The position numbers and the translations under genes were made by a program. From the NCBI GenBank assembly GCA_038237345.1, contig JBBRYU010000001.1, forward strand, positions 375 to 64,374: a DNA stretch of 64,000 nt. The letters run 5' to 3'. This document shows, piece after piece, positions 9,401-17,697 of this stretch. Numbering within the stretch: position 1 is the first letter of the stretch; every line of letters begins with the position of its first letter. This DNA comes from Pyrinomonadales bacterium. Its GTDB lineage: Bacteria > Acidobacteriota > Blastocatellia > Pyrinomonadales > Pyrinomonadaceae. Below the pieces are notes generated by a model, which did not search any database, had not been told where the DNA came from, and worked only from the letters and a program-made list of their open reading frames with translations.

Positions 9401-11459
9401 TTTTGATCTCGGCGCTGTAGAGCGCGAGTATGTCGGTGGTGCGCTCGTCGCGCGCGAGCGCGGCAACGTAGCGTTCAAGCACCGCCGCGTAGGTGACGCT
9501 GTCCGCGCGCTCGCCCGTGCGTGTGCGCCAGCGCGCGGTCGGCACGGCCAAGTGATCCTGATACTGCGGGTGATCGTAGTAGTAATAATTTCCGCTCGTC
9601 GGCTCGCCGTGGCCCGGAATGTCTATGCCGCGATTCGAGTCCGGCGGATAGGCGGCGGGCGCAGGCTGCGCGTCAGTCGGTTCGGCGTTGACGTTGAGCG
9701 TCTGCACCTGTTGGGCTTCATCGGCGGCGGACTGCGCCTGTTGCGCGGCGGGCACGAGCGGCGTGCCGGGCTGGCGGTGTTGGCCGAGGTGATCGAGGAT
9801 GCGTTGATAGAGCGCAGGCTCTTTGTCGTGCTGTTCCAGCGTCACGTAGCAGTCGGCCAGCTTCAACGCCACTTCGGGAAATTGCGGCGCGTCGCCGTAA
9901 CGCCCCTCGAACTCGGCGAGCGTCGCGGCGGCCACATCCAGCTCGCCCGTCGCCGTGTAGAGCCGCACGATGTCGAGATACATCTGCGCCAACTCCGGCG
10001 CGGTCGGATACTCCTGCTTATATGCGCTGAAGATGCGATACGCGGCGGCGCGGTTGAAATACTTGACTGCGTCGCCTTCTTCCTTGCTTAACTCAGACTG
10101 CGGATTTGTGTCCGAGAAGAGCAGCGAGAGGATGCCGCCCGTGATGCCCGGATGCGGATCGGCGGTGGCGATGTCCTGATAAAATTTCAGATCGCCGGCG
10201 GTCAACGCCAGCCGCTCGCCATTCGCATCGGAGAGCAGCGCAAACAATTGATAGAGCACCTTCGCGCGCAACTCGCCGCCCGGCTTGAGACCGCCCTGCA
10301 AGTAGAGCGTGTAGAGAAAACGCGACGCGGCATCGGCGTAGCCTGCCGCTAAGAGCATGCGCGCGATGGTGGCCAACTCTTCCGGTTGCCATTGCACCCC
10401 GCGCGCCGCCCGCGCTTTCTCCAATTGCACGAAGATGTCCGGGTCTGTCTCGTAGGCGTGTTGCGTGAAGTGCGCGAGCCGCACGGCCGCATCGTAGTTT
10501 GTCGGGTCGCGCCGAAAAGCGGTGCGCAACTCGCGCCCGTAAGCGCGAAAGCGATCATGGTCTTTGAGGAATTCGTAGAAGGATTCGGACAACTCGTCCG
10601 GCCAAAACGGATCGAAGGCGGCTTGATAAATTTGCTCCACCTCGCGCGTTCGCCCCAGCGTGTCGAGTATCTCCGCTTCTTTTACGAGCAATTGCGCCGA
10701 GCGCGCGGGAAAGCGCGTCTTGTGTGCGCGCAGCACTTGCAGGGCCGCCGCGTTATTCCGCTCAGCTATTAATTTATCTATGTACTGCTCGATGATCTCG
10801 TAGGCGGACGGGTCTTGCGCGATCACACCTTCGTAAAATTCAGGCGCGAGATATTTTGCCAATCGATGCACGCGCGCCAACTCGACCAACCGCCTCAGCA
10901 AACTTGCCTGCGCCGCGACGGGTGCGCGCGTGAGCAGACGCTCAAGCACGGCCGCTTCTTGCGCGAATTCGGCGCGACGGTCGTAGAAGGCAGCGAGTGT
11001 TTCGAGCGCAGTGTCGCTGTCGTGTTGCAGCGCGACGTAATGCTCCAACTCGCGCGTGGCCTCGTCAGCGCGGCCGAGTTTCTCGTCGAGCTGCGCGAGT
11101 TTGAGAAGTATTTCAGGCTCGTCCGGATGTTTCGTTTGCACGTCGGCAAGCCGGTTGCGCGCTTCCGCTGTCGGGTACGGCACGAGCGCCTGTGCGCCGA
11201 AGAATTCCGTGCGAGTGAACAGGGCCGTTTCGATGAGCGTTGCCGGTTCGTGCTCGCGCGCAGCGACGACGCGGTGCGGTTGCACGATGGCGAGCGCGGC
11301 GTAGGCGCAGAGGCCGGCGAGCAAGAGCAGGCGCGGGACGGAGATAAGCCTCACGCAAAGACGCAAAGACGCAAAGGCGGACGCAAAGCGATCTCCTGCG
11401 CGCTCGCTGCGCGTTTCTCTTTGCGCCTTCGCGTCCTTGCGTGAGCCTGTCCGTTTCAT
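3474..11459 (-). CDS. giant TPR-repeat protein (up to 2661 aa) with an N-terminal membrane anchor
   Basis: Uninterrupted 7986-nt ORF. It has Ala/Leu/Arg/Tyr-rich TPR-like periodicity throughout and no Walker A motif. The hydrophobic segment is RLISVPRLLLLAGLCAYAALAIV. The start is uncertain: ATG 11459 overlaps the upstream stop as ATGA, while an alternative in-frame GTG at 11354 would place the palindromic element 11350-11445 in an intergenic gap. Confidence 0.85.
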   Translation of the reverse strand: MKRTGSRKDAKAQRETRSERAGDRFASAFASLRLCVRLISVPRLLLLAGLCAYAALAIVQPHRVVAAREHEPATLIETALFTRTEFFGAQALVPYPTAEARNRLADVQTKHPDEPEILLKLAQLDEKLGRADEATRELEHYVALQHDSDTALETLAAFYDRRAEFAQEAAVLERLLTRAPVAAQASLLRRLVELARVHRLAKYLAPEFYEGVIAQDPSAYEIIEQYIDKLIAERNNAAALQVLRAHKTRFPARSAQLLVKEAEILDTLGRTREVEQIYQAAFDPFWPDELSESFYEFLKDHDRFRAYGRELRTAFRRDPTNYDAAVRLAHFTQHAYETDPDIFVQLEKARAARGVQWQPEELATIARMLLAAGYADAASRFLYTLYLQGGLKPGGELRAKVLYQLFALLSDANGERLALTAGDLKFYQDIATADPHPGITGGILSLLFSDTNPQSELSKEEGDAVKYFNRAAAYRIFSAYKQEYPTAPELAQMYLDIVRLYTATGELDVAAATLAEFEGRYGDAPQFPEVALKLADCYVTLEQHDKEPALYQRILDHLGQHRQPGTPLVPAAQQAQSAADEAQQVQTLNVNAEPTDAQPAPAAYPPDSNRGIDIPGHGEPTSGNYYYYDHPQYQDHLAVPTARWRTRTGERADSVTYAAVLERYVAALARDERTTDILALYSAEIKKYPAEPGLYEQMLQWLGQTKLADEQLRVYQAALKQFPNNVWRDRMARWYLRRERKQEFAQFSRELLAQMNDEEAAAYLEQFVAARAYADAASFEAGLYLGLYSRAHERFPHNMSFVAGLLQFYSAHERWGEWRALLAEYFFVSRETREQFLAYLAKQNELRAYLAQARARCRTQAENDPGALAVLPYKLFRADAAAWLSDYEDAIDAYRELNRLYPNTPEYAERLIAFTRSLGQHNRRFLEEAAATSHALADAAPAAADYRTRAGELQAELGNYDRARGEWEQLITLGRGEPETYLATATVYWDYFQYADALRIIKQLRAEMNDQTRYAFQAGAILEAQHQLPAALGEYAYALAENADDYERAKRRLLTLYQRPGIPAQLRQAWAQARRNVRADAPLVLGYTALLQAAGQRTEASALLRQEITARHEQQFLARARAIFSEVEDKDGERAALKRLTESAQGPHSRISYRLQLAESYAGTGATSAAMSVLDELRGRYPTNYGVLSEAANFYWRLGRRAAALDVLRAGVTRGRGRFHYLFARRLAARELELNHTGAAERVLRALHAEDKLNTDVFHELARLYVRTGQRAALAQVFSETLAAIKAQDGDLKTTRAQVAELRTQMLDAFTRLKDYRAAVAQHIEIINRDPDDEQTLAAALVYVKRYGGGDALVAYYKQTAQQAYKNYRWNVVLARIYEANGDFNSAAANYRAALANQPEMLDLYAALADVSKRGKDYDGALGALAQAAELSNDDPQYIRKTVALLTQLGRKREAEVARQKLPPEPQPTPAAQSAHDQFAAAARLHGDEQAQAVAAYRQAFAALSAAPYKSDLRAADIAGYVQTLRAEEALDQIAARLWQLRERLLTDADGGDEKQASKARERLQVLDSALPEAVGALAAERATGDELIALFRDWQTRADDALKGAHDPHGTRALLQNLSRRAGLGALEEKILRAQKDAAFAAGDAAQYHARLHALVDFYNAAGEFPRIVELLDTEQGRDVARNSFNYAQLSAEYARLLGDGGRELSALRAYYEQTGALTAPPVAQDDALITRYFAALLESGPEGRAELQQRAERPSAHQVRLINFLLTANEGALAHDAIAHAPMPRAWQLARNAEASLALGETTADRENYFVTALQFKPIGELITQHPDTGRQLVGDDWFQLAARYGQWLYQADESEQRRKSRALLPALIENRPHDAAEQARLGRWYLAQRDPARALEHLQLALAAQPDDQQLRADIGAAYFQHGERERARAEWRQLIAGDAPTHEACALYLRTLAAHGLAAEARTQLFPILAARLKGANEDEHNTYTGDERAQFADYKPLLRALSGSFNARPTGVPDDPPAAARVEPDEIVAAAHAHLPEANEAQVAFFRALCAAVPASVALPELIVTEALVARRAQGAFYELLLARSAGLSSYERDYDYNEQLQKHWHAGEAEETLDHENDFKISEPTSARLTWASRYLTYLCDTGEPAQARALLNRIEQELKGRYARPLWLRLAAARVDLRAGHSAQAVAALKHLVGVETSAQLTAVKPPDTARLNEAVALLRAEGHGDEATELLAAAYTRALALAQYDAPRFAALARFAFNAQDEARGRMLLRLMIELGQEESRPAAEATLAAAAWLKPYAVGETGIELPAAAYNINLNTALVLAADTAATAGLYDDAINYRQRLRELAPADEVNRIELVRLLAAHGQQDDALAGLAAIIADRTTTRRARWQAVWLAPEIVGDKLDAWSTLRAGVAAQTKDSEMTTALEALALVGAGRSAEARTVVSKLTTINPNSYLYAFSALLEQQDSQAEAARVSLTAALAAGQSIDPWPAFGLPEGEAARALMRVYIAMQRPRAALRLAELDAGLQSASKTRADEASSDDAQTVAADAQDNERLSAQEVAATSNSPFQTLAARAQVRAVAARLELLGALSAAAEAVGEWERAAAFERARFALLASDVERRASAARIARLQTTQEARTYKHALTVDARFVARL
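11350..11445. repeat. REP-like imperfect palindromic element
   Basis: Left arm ctcacgcaaagacgcaaagacgcaaaggcggacgcaaagcg. Right arm cgctgcgcgtttctctttgcgccttcgcgtccttgcgtgag. The 9-bp termini are perfect (ctcacgcaa / ttgcgtgag), and there is an internal tandem gcaaagac. Confidence 0.5.
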
Positions 11460-13903
11460 CAGCGTGCCAACACTGCGATCCGCAGTTCCGCGCTCGACTG
11501 GTTATGCGCGAAGTCTTCGGCCGTGACCGTCAACACATACTGCCCGGCGGCCAGCGTTGCCGGCACACGCAAGACGCCCACGTTCGTCTGTTCTTTGTCC
11601 GACCAGACAAGCTGCGCGGGCTGTGCGCCATAAAGTTTTGCGATCAAGCGCACGGTGTCGCTGTCCGCCCCGACGCGCACGCGCAACTCATCGCCCGCGC
11701 GCACGGTCTCGGCCGCTACGCTCACGCGCAGCTTCGGCGCATGACTGTCCACGACGAAACTCTTCTCTTCCTGATAGCCGCGCCCGCCCTTGTCCGTGAG
11801 CAGCAGGCGACAACGATACGCGCCGTCAGGCAGCCACGCGGGCGCGAGGAAGCGCACTTCCCAGACGCCCGCCGCCGGCAGATATTGCAACGGCAGAGTC
11901 TCGCCGAATGGCAGCACGGCGAAGACAGCGTTGATTGACTCGTCGGTCTTGACGCGCAAGACGGGATCGCCCGGTTGGATCAGGCGCGGGCGCAACAGTG
12001 CGCGCGGCGCGGCGAGGAACGCGGTGTAGGGCGTGGCGAACTTATATTTTTCGGCGAGGCGGATGATCTCCGCAATGTAGTCTTCGCGCTCGCCGTCCAA
12101 ATCCATCGCGCGCAAGAGCGCATCCACGCGGGCGCGCGCCCAGAGACGCGGCACGTGCTCGTGCGTGTCGTCGAATTCGGGCAGCGCAACGGTGCGCGCC
12201 AGCTTGATCGTCTGCGCGCCGTATTGACCTTGCACCGCGATGGTCGTTTGCGGCGCGGGCTGTTTGTAGCGACCGACGAAGGCCACGCTTGAGCCGTCGA
12301 AGCTGTGCGCGTCCGGCGCGGCATAGATTTGATAGAAAACTTTCTTGTCAGCGGTGAAGCGTAAGTCTTCGATGTTGGGCGTGCCGACTTTGGCGAAGAA
12401 GAGGCGCAGTTGCGTCGTGATGTCTTCGGTCTCGCGTGCCCCGGCGAAATAGCCGTGCGTCTTTTGCGCGAGCGTTTCCAACAGCGTGCGATTGGCGTCG
12501 CCGCCAAGCGCGAAGGCGAAGACGCGCACCGGGGCGATGCTCTGTGCATCTTTGCGCGGCCCGCTTGGCTTTTGTCCGTCGAAGAGACGAATGATCTCCT
12601 TCAAGTCGGTTGTGCCGAGCGTCGGGTTGGCGTCGGAGATGAGGACGATGCTGCGCTCGCCCGGCGGGAGCGCGGGCGCAAGTTCCAACGCTTTGGTGAA
12701 TGCTTTGCGCAGGTCTGTGCCGCCGCCGAGCATAGAGCCTTTGACGAAGGCCAGCGCTTGCTCGACGTGCTCAGGCGTCGCGGTGAACGGCGCGGGCGCA
12801 AGCACGTTTGTGTGTTCGTTGAAGAGGACGAGATTGAAACTGTCTTGCGGCGTCAGCCCATGCAGAAAATAGTCGAGCGCCTCAACCGCGCGAGCCAGTT
12901 TATCGCCGTACATCGAGAGCGACGTGTCGCAGAGCAAGACAAGATTGCGCGGTTGCTGAAATTGCGGCTGCGCGGCATTGCTTTGGCCGCCGGATTGCGC
13001 GTGTTGTTCGTTGAAGATGGCGCGGGCGGCGAAGTAGCCGTCGGGGTTGCGCGCGGCGAGCGCGGGATCGCGCAGATCATAGGCCGTGATCTGTTCGGGC
13101 GCGCGGTAGGCGATGAAGGAGAGCGTGCTGGCGGGCACATCGATCCGGTAGTCGAACGAGAAATCTTCTTGTAACGCGAGGTCGCGTGCTTGCAAGTCGG
13201 CCGTGAACTCGTGTGCATTGCTCGCGGTCACGCCGAGCGGATATGCGCCCGTCTGCGGCGCGAGCGGCGTGAACGGATAATCGCTCAGCACGTGCAGGTG
13301 CAAGTTGAATTCGCCGACGTGCTGCGGATCGCCAAACGAAGGTTTCAAGGGGAAGGTGAAATGCGAGACGAGACCTTCGACCGGCAGCGTCTCTGTGTAC
13401 TCAAGCTCGACGCGCTTCGTGCCGTAGGCGGGGATGGGCCAGACTTTGGCGTTGAAGGCGGCGCGTCCTTCGTGCTCGTCGTCCTGTTGCAAGAGACCGG
13501 GGTCGAGTTGCGGTTGCTTGAGTTGCGTGTAGATGGCGTTGGCGCGGCGCTTCTCCAGCATCACGCCGGGGATGCGTGTGTCGCCGTCCCACACGGCGAA
13601 GTCGGAGACAGAGGCCGGCGGCGGCAGCGCGAACAGGAACTTGCCTTCGAGCGCCTGCGCCGTGTGGTTGTCGAAGATTTGCCGGACGCGCACGCGCGCG
13701 TGCTGATTGTCGATCAGCACATCCACGTTCATCACCTGCAACGAGAGCAGACGCTCGTCCGGCTTATCTTTCAGCGACGAAGGCACGAGCACGCCCGATT
13801 GCGCCGCGCTCCGTTGTGCGGGCCAACAGAGGGCCGCGCCGAGCGCGAGACCAAGCAAGGCAATAACGAACCTGGTGCGAGAACTATGGTGTGTCGCTCT
13901 CAT
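11459..13903 (-). CDS. VIT domain + von Willebrand factor type A domain protein with a C-terminal Ig-like region, secreted
   Basis: VIT-like segment LSLQVMNVDVLIDNQHARVRVRQIFDNHT...FAVWDGDTRIPGVMLEKRRA. vWA MIDAS-type segment LVLLCDTSLSMYG. The start is taken at MRATHHSSRTRFVIALLGLALGAALC (ATG 13903, signal-like), only 2 nt after the upstream stop. Confidence 0.85.
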   Translation of the reverse strand: MRATHHSSRTRFVIALLGLALGAALCWPAQRSAAQSGVLVPSSLKDKPDERLLSLQVMNVDVLIDNQHARVRVRQIFDNHTAQALEGKFLFALPPPASVSDFAVWDGDTRIPGVMLEKRRANAIYTQLKQPQLDPGLLQQDDEHEGRAAFNAKVWPIPAYGTKRVELEYTETLPVEGLVSHFTFPLKPSFGDPQHVGEFNLHLHVLSDYPFTPLAPQTGAYPLGVTASNAHEFTADLQARDLALQEDFSFDYRIDVPASTLSFIAYRAPEQITAYDLRDPALAARNPDGYFAARAIFNEQHAQSGGQSNAAQPQFQQPRNLVLLCDTSLSMYGDKLARAVEALDYFLHGLTPQDSFNLVLFNEHTNVLAPAPFTATPEHVEQALAFVKGSMLGGGTDLRKAFTKALELAPALPPGERSIVLISDANPTLGTTDLKEIIRLFDGQKPSGPRKDAQSIAPVRVFAFALGGDANRTLLETLAQKTHGYFAGARETEDITTQLRLFFAKVGTPNIEDLRFTADKKVFYQIYAAPDAHSFDGSSVAFVGRYKQPAPQTTIAVQGQYGAQTIKLARTVALPEFDDTHEHVPRLWARARVDALLRAMDLDGEREDYIAEIIRLAEKYKFATPYTAFLAAPRALLRPRLIQPGDPVLRVKTDESINAVFAVLPFGETLPLQYLPAAGVWEVRFLAPAWLPDGAYRCRLLLTDKGGRGYQEEKSFVVDSHAPKLRVSVAAETVRAGDELRVRVGADSDTVRLIAKLYGAQPAQLVWSDKEQTNVGVLRVPATLAAGQYVLTVTAEDFAHNQSSAELRIAVLAR

Positions 13904-13905
13904 TT

Positions 13906-16035
13906 TTACTCGAAGTAACTCGCGCCAATGCGCGCGATGCCGTTCGTCGTGCCGAAGTAAACATGCTGCCCGTCGCCCGTCACGCTGAGCACGGTCGGCG
14001 CGGGCAGTTCCGCTTGCAGATGCGTCCACTTTTGCGTGTGTAAATCCAGAACCCACACGCCATCGAGCGTGCCCGCATAGAGCCGCGCGCCATCGCTCCA
14101 CAGGGCGTTTGGGTTGACGACGAACCCGCCGGTCTCGGCCGCGAACGGACGCAACTCGCCCGCCGGCATCAACTCAAATACGCCGCCGCCATACGTGCCG
14201 ATGAACAGGCGCGGCCCCGCAGCGCAGAGGGCCGTCACCCAGTTGTGCGTGAGTTTGGAGTTAGCGTCCGTGAAGACGCGCACGACGCGCCCCGCCGCGA
14301 CTTCGGCCAGCCCGCCGAGCGTGCCGACGAAGATCGTGCGGCCGCGCGGCAACACTGCATAGAGGCTGTTGCTCGGCAACCCTTGCACGGTCGTCAATCC
14401 CCGCCAACGCCCTTGCGCGCCCAAGCTAAGACCGCGACTCGTCGCGCAGACCAACTCCGCACTCTGCCCATGATGCGCCGCGCCCGCCGCAGTTGTTTGC
14501 CCCGCGTTCCCTTGCGCGGGCAGCACAGCGACGCCGGTGATGGCATTGCTCAACAGGCCATCGCTTGTCGTCAGGCTTGTCTCATGCAACGCCGCATCGA
14601 AGTGCGCGAGTCCCTGTGCGGTGGCCACATGCATCGTGTTCGTGTCGGCCGCGAATGAGAGCGCGTTGATCTCGCGCGCCGTTTCTGTGGCCAGATGTGT
14701 GAGCCGGCGACCGTCGGGCGCGAGCAGGTCTATGCCGGCGCGGAAACTGCCGGCCCAGAGACGACCCGCACCGTCGAGCGCGAGCGCGGCGACCGTGTTA
14801 CTCGCCGGCCCGCGTTGTTGCGCGTCGGGCTGCATGAACGGCATGAGCGCGAAGAGGGCGCAAGTTGTGCGCGCTGAACTAGAGTTTGTCGTGTCAGACG
14901 TGTTGTCATTTGTGCGCCAGACGCCAACGCTCGTGAGCAGCCAGAATTGATTATCAAGCGCGAGCAGGCGGCAATCAGTCGAACTTTCATTCGCCGCTTG
15001 CGCGTCGCGCCATATGATAGGTTGGAGTTGCGGCCCGCGCGTCGCGTGCTCTGCCAACACGAACAATTTGCCGTCGTCCTGACAGAGCAGCACGCGCCCG
15101 CCGAGTTGTTGCAGGCTGGCGAGCGACGGCAGCGTGGCGATGAGGCGAAACGGCTGCGCCCGCGCCTGTTCAGCCGCTAACAACTCATCGACACGCGCGA
15201 CCGCGAGTCCGAAATCGGTAGCGACCAGCACGCGCGCGTCGTCCGCCGCTATGCCAACCACGCGGGCAGAGGGCAGCCCCGCAGCCGTCGTGAAGTGCAG
15301 CCAACGTCCGGCCTCGCGCACCCACAGTCCGTCGGCGTATGTGCCGACGTAGAGCCGCGCGCCCGCGCGCATGAGACAGTTGATCGCTGTCAGCCGGCGC
15401 TCGTCCGCGCCCGCTTTCAGTTCTGTGAACTGCCGCCCGTCGAACTCGATGAGACCGCCCGCGAACGTGCCGATGAGCAACCGGCCCACATCGTCGAGCA
15501 GCGCGGTGATCGCCTGCGGCTGGCGGTCGGGCCAACGATAACTCTCGAAGTGTGCGCCGTCGAAGGTGACGAGACCTTGCGTGCGCGTGCCGATGAACAG
15601 CTTGTCATGCCACACGATCAGGCTCGTGAGATCGCTTTCGGGCAGACCGTCCAGCACCGTGTAGTGATGCACGGGCGCGCCTGTCTGCGTCAATTCGAGC
15701 AGCCCGCCGTCGGTCGCGGCGAAGTACGAATCGTGCAGCCGCGCGACGGCGCGGACACGTTGTGTGCTTTGCCAGATTTGCAACTCCGGCCGGTTGAGCG
15801 TCAGGTGTGGTTTTATCTCAAACGGAATGACGTGCTGTCGCTCAAGCCGCGCCCGTTCGTCGGCGAGGCGCGCACGCGCATCTCGCTGCACGCGCCCCGC
15901 GCCGAACAGACAGACGAGCGGCAACAAAACTGCCAGCCCGACGAGCAGCCTGCGCTGGCGCACACACGCGGCACGCGTGCGCGCTATGCTCCCGCGCAGA
16001 GCAAGAGTGTACGCAGGCAAACTCGCCCGGCTCAT
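13906..16035 (-). CDS. membrane-anchored beta-propeller repeat protein (two-component-regulator-propeller-like repeats)
   Basis: ORF 13906-16320. Recurring motifs of the type GLPSNSLYAV, GGLIEFDG, TLDGVWVLD and YFGTTNGIARI occur at roughly 45-aa intervals. A TM helix (LLVGLAVLLPLVCLFGAG) follows the proposed start MSRASLPAY (ATG 16035). The start is uncertain. Confidence 0.75.
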   Translation of the reverse strand: MSRASLPAYTLALRGSIARTRAACVRQRRLLVGLAVLLPLVCLFGAGRVQRDARARLADERARLERQHVIPFEIKPHLTLNRPELQIWQSTQRVRAVARLHDSYFAATDGGLLELTQTGAPVHHYTVLDGLPESDLTSLIVWHDKLFIGTRTQGLVTFDGAHFESYRWPDRQPQAITALLDDVGRLLIGTFAGGLIEFDGRQFTELKAGADERRLTAINCLMRAGARLYVGTYADGLWVREAGRWLHFTTAAGLPSARVVGIAADDARVLVATDFGLAVARVDELLAAEQARAQPFRLIATLPSLASLQQLGGRVLLCQDDGKLFVLAEHATRGPQLQPIIWRDAQAANESSTDCRLLALDNQFWLLTSVGVWRTNDNTSDTTNSSSARTTCALFALMPFMQPDAQQRGPASNTVAALALDGAGRLWAGSFRAGIDLLAPDGRRLTHLATETAREINALSFAADTNTMHVATAQGLAHFDAALHETSLTTSDGLLSNAITGVAVLPAQGNAGQTTAAGAAHHGQSAELVCATSRGLSLGAQGRWRGLTTVQGLPSNSLYAVLPRGRTIFVGTLGGLAEVAAGRVVRVFTDANSKLTHNWVTALCAAGPRLFIGTYGGGVFELMPAGELRPFAAETGGFVVNPNALWSDGARLYAGTLDGVWVLDLHTQKWTHLQAELPAPTVLSVTGDGQHVYFGTTNGIARIGASYFE

Positions 16036-16519
16036 TCGTTCCAGTCGTGGTCGTTCGTTGTCGCGCACGTCTTGGTCTATGTTGTTCGTCTGTACATGGC
16101 GGCCCGTTAACCGCATCACGCGGATTATCAGTGCGGAGCGGGCTAAGGCGACACGTGCCGCCGGACAGTGCGCGCTCCGAGTCAGTACGGCGCGCAGCCC
16201 GGCGTGTTGAACAGCTACGCATGTGGGTTGGCACACGCGCGCGTATGTGGCTAGACACAGTCTGAGCTTGCTATGACCGAGTTGCAGAGCACGCAGTCGG
16301 TTTACCATGGCGCGGAACAAATTATCTGTCTTCGCGTCCGGGGCATCTACGAGTACTCATACGTGGCGCGGGCCGCCACGCCGGGCCGTATCATTGTGTC
16401 CCCGCCCAAAGCCGAAGAGATGTACAATCCTGAAACCTTCGGGCGCGGCGCGACCGACCGCGTGATCGTTGAATGACTGATGAGCAAGAGCGCGACCTCG
16501 CCGCGCGCAGACCAAGCCA

Positions 16520-17554
16520 ATGACTGACTCAACCTCACTCTTTTCCGCGCTGCTCGCGCAAAAGCAACAAGCTTACGGCAAGGCTTTGGAGTACGCCTGC
16601 GCCGCCGCACTGCTCGACTGGCTGCATGCGCACGGGACGCTAAGCTCGCTCGCCGACTCCGATGCGGCGCAGACTGCCCGCCGCCGCTACGACGCGCTCG
16701 CGCCCGAGACACGCGCCAAATACGACCTCGGCGCGACGGCCGGCGTGTGCCTGCTCGCGCGCCTTGAGCCTGTGTTGCAAACGCCCGCCGCGAGTGATCG
16801 CTTCACGTTGCGCATACAAGCGGACGCGCAGGGCGAAGCGGGCGATGTGCGCGATGTCGTCGCGGCGAACGAGCGCGGATGGACGCTCGGCGTCTCGGTC
16901 AAGCACAACAACGACGTGGCGAAGAACCCGCGCCTCGCGCGTACGCTCGACTTCTGTCAACACTGGACGACGCGCCCCTGCGACGCCGCCTACTTCGCCG
17001 CGATCAAGCCTGTCTTCACCGAACTGGAACAACTCGCCACCGTCGGCGCGCACTGGAGTTCGCTCAATCTCACCGAACAGGAGAAGGCCGCGCGCTTCTA
17101 TCGCCCCGTCATGACGGCGCTCGCGGCGCAACTCGAACGCCTCGCGCGCCAGCACGCGGATGCGCCCGCCGCCCTCACCGCCTACTTCCTCGGCCGCCCG
17201 GACTTCTACAAACTGATCGTCTCCATGCCCGACCGCACGACGACCGTGCAAGCATTCTCTTTCGCGGGCACGCTCGGCCGCGGCGTAAGCATTGAAAATC
17301 AAAGCGCAGTCAAACAGTCGCCAGACACAGACAAGCCGGCTGTCAACATCGCCCGCCTGTCCTTGCCCGGCAAGCTGAACATCGTCGCATTCAAACCACG
17401 TTCCGCCAACACCATCTTGCTGACCTTTGATCAAGGTTGGGCGTTCTCCCTGCGCCTGCACAATGCCTCGTCACACGTCGAAGCAAGTCTCAAGCTCGAC
17501 GTGCGGCTGACCAGTGCGCCGCCCGAGCTCGTTAAGTTGCAAGTACGGTGGTAG
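16520..17554 (+). CDS. possible HaeIII-family (PD-(D/E)xK) restriction endonuclease; solitary
   Basis: 344-aa ORF. From memory, the N-terminal GKALEYACAAAL and the core GDVRDVVAANERGWTLGVSVKHNNDVAKNPRL resemble the HaeIII-family signature (D...S/ExK followed by KHN..A.K..RL). This is not verified by alignment. Confidence 0.5.
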   Translation: MTDSTSLFSALLAQKQQAYGKALEYACAAALLDWLHAHGTLSSLADSDAAQTARRRYDALAPETRAKYDLGATAGVCLLARLEPVLQTPAASDRFTLRIQADAQGEAGDVRDVVAANERGWTLGVSVKHNNDVAKNPRLARTLDFCQHWTTRPCDAAYFAAIKPVFTELEQLATVGAHWSSLNLTEQEKAARFYRPVMTALAAQLERLARQHADAPAALTAYFLGRPDFYKLIVSMPDRTTTVQAFSFAGTLGRGVSIENQSAVKQSPDTDKPAVNIARLSLPGKLNIVAFKPRSANTILLTFDQGWAFSLRLHNASSHVEASLKLDVRLTSAPPELVKLQVRW

Positions 17555-17593
17555 AAGCGATGAAGATTGAATGAGGGGTAACGGGCGTCGTAA

Positions 17594-17660
17594 CATAGAG
17601 GGCACAGAGGCGGCACCGAGATCACAGAGTCTGCTCCGTGTCCTCTGTGTGCCTTCTGTG
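17594..17660. repeat. REP-like imperfect palindrome between convergent genes; possible bidirectional terminator
   Basis: Arms catagagggcacagaggcggcaccgag and ctccgtgtcctctgtgtgccttctgtg around the loop atcacagagtctg. The cacagag / ctctgtg units repeat. Confidence 0.45.
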
Positions 17661-17697
17661 TTGAAACCGGCCGCGGCTGACACACAGCTCAGAGCAA

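Noticed and set aside
11350-11400. The tandem gcaaagac units as a possible CRISPR or microsatellite.
   Set aside because: There are only two to three short units, with no spacer structure. They are part of a single palindromic REP-like element.
16273-16476. The 67-aa ORF upstream of the putative nuclease as a possible controller or methylase fragment.
   Set aside because: It has no HTH or methyltransferase motif and overlaps an equally long antisense ORF. It most likely lies in promoter or leader DNA.
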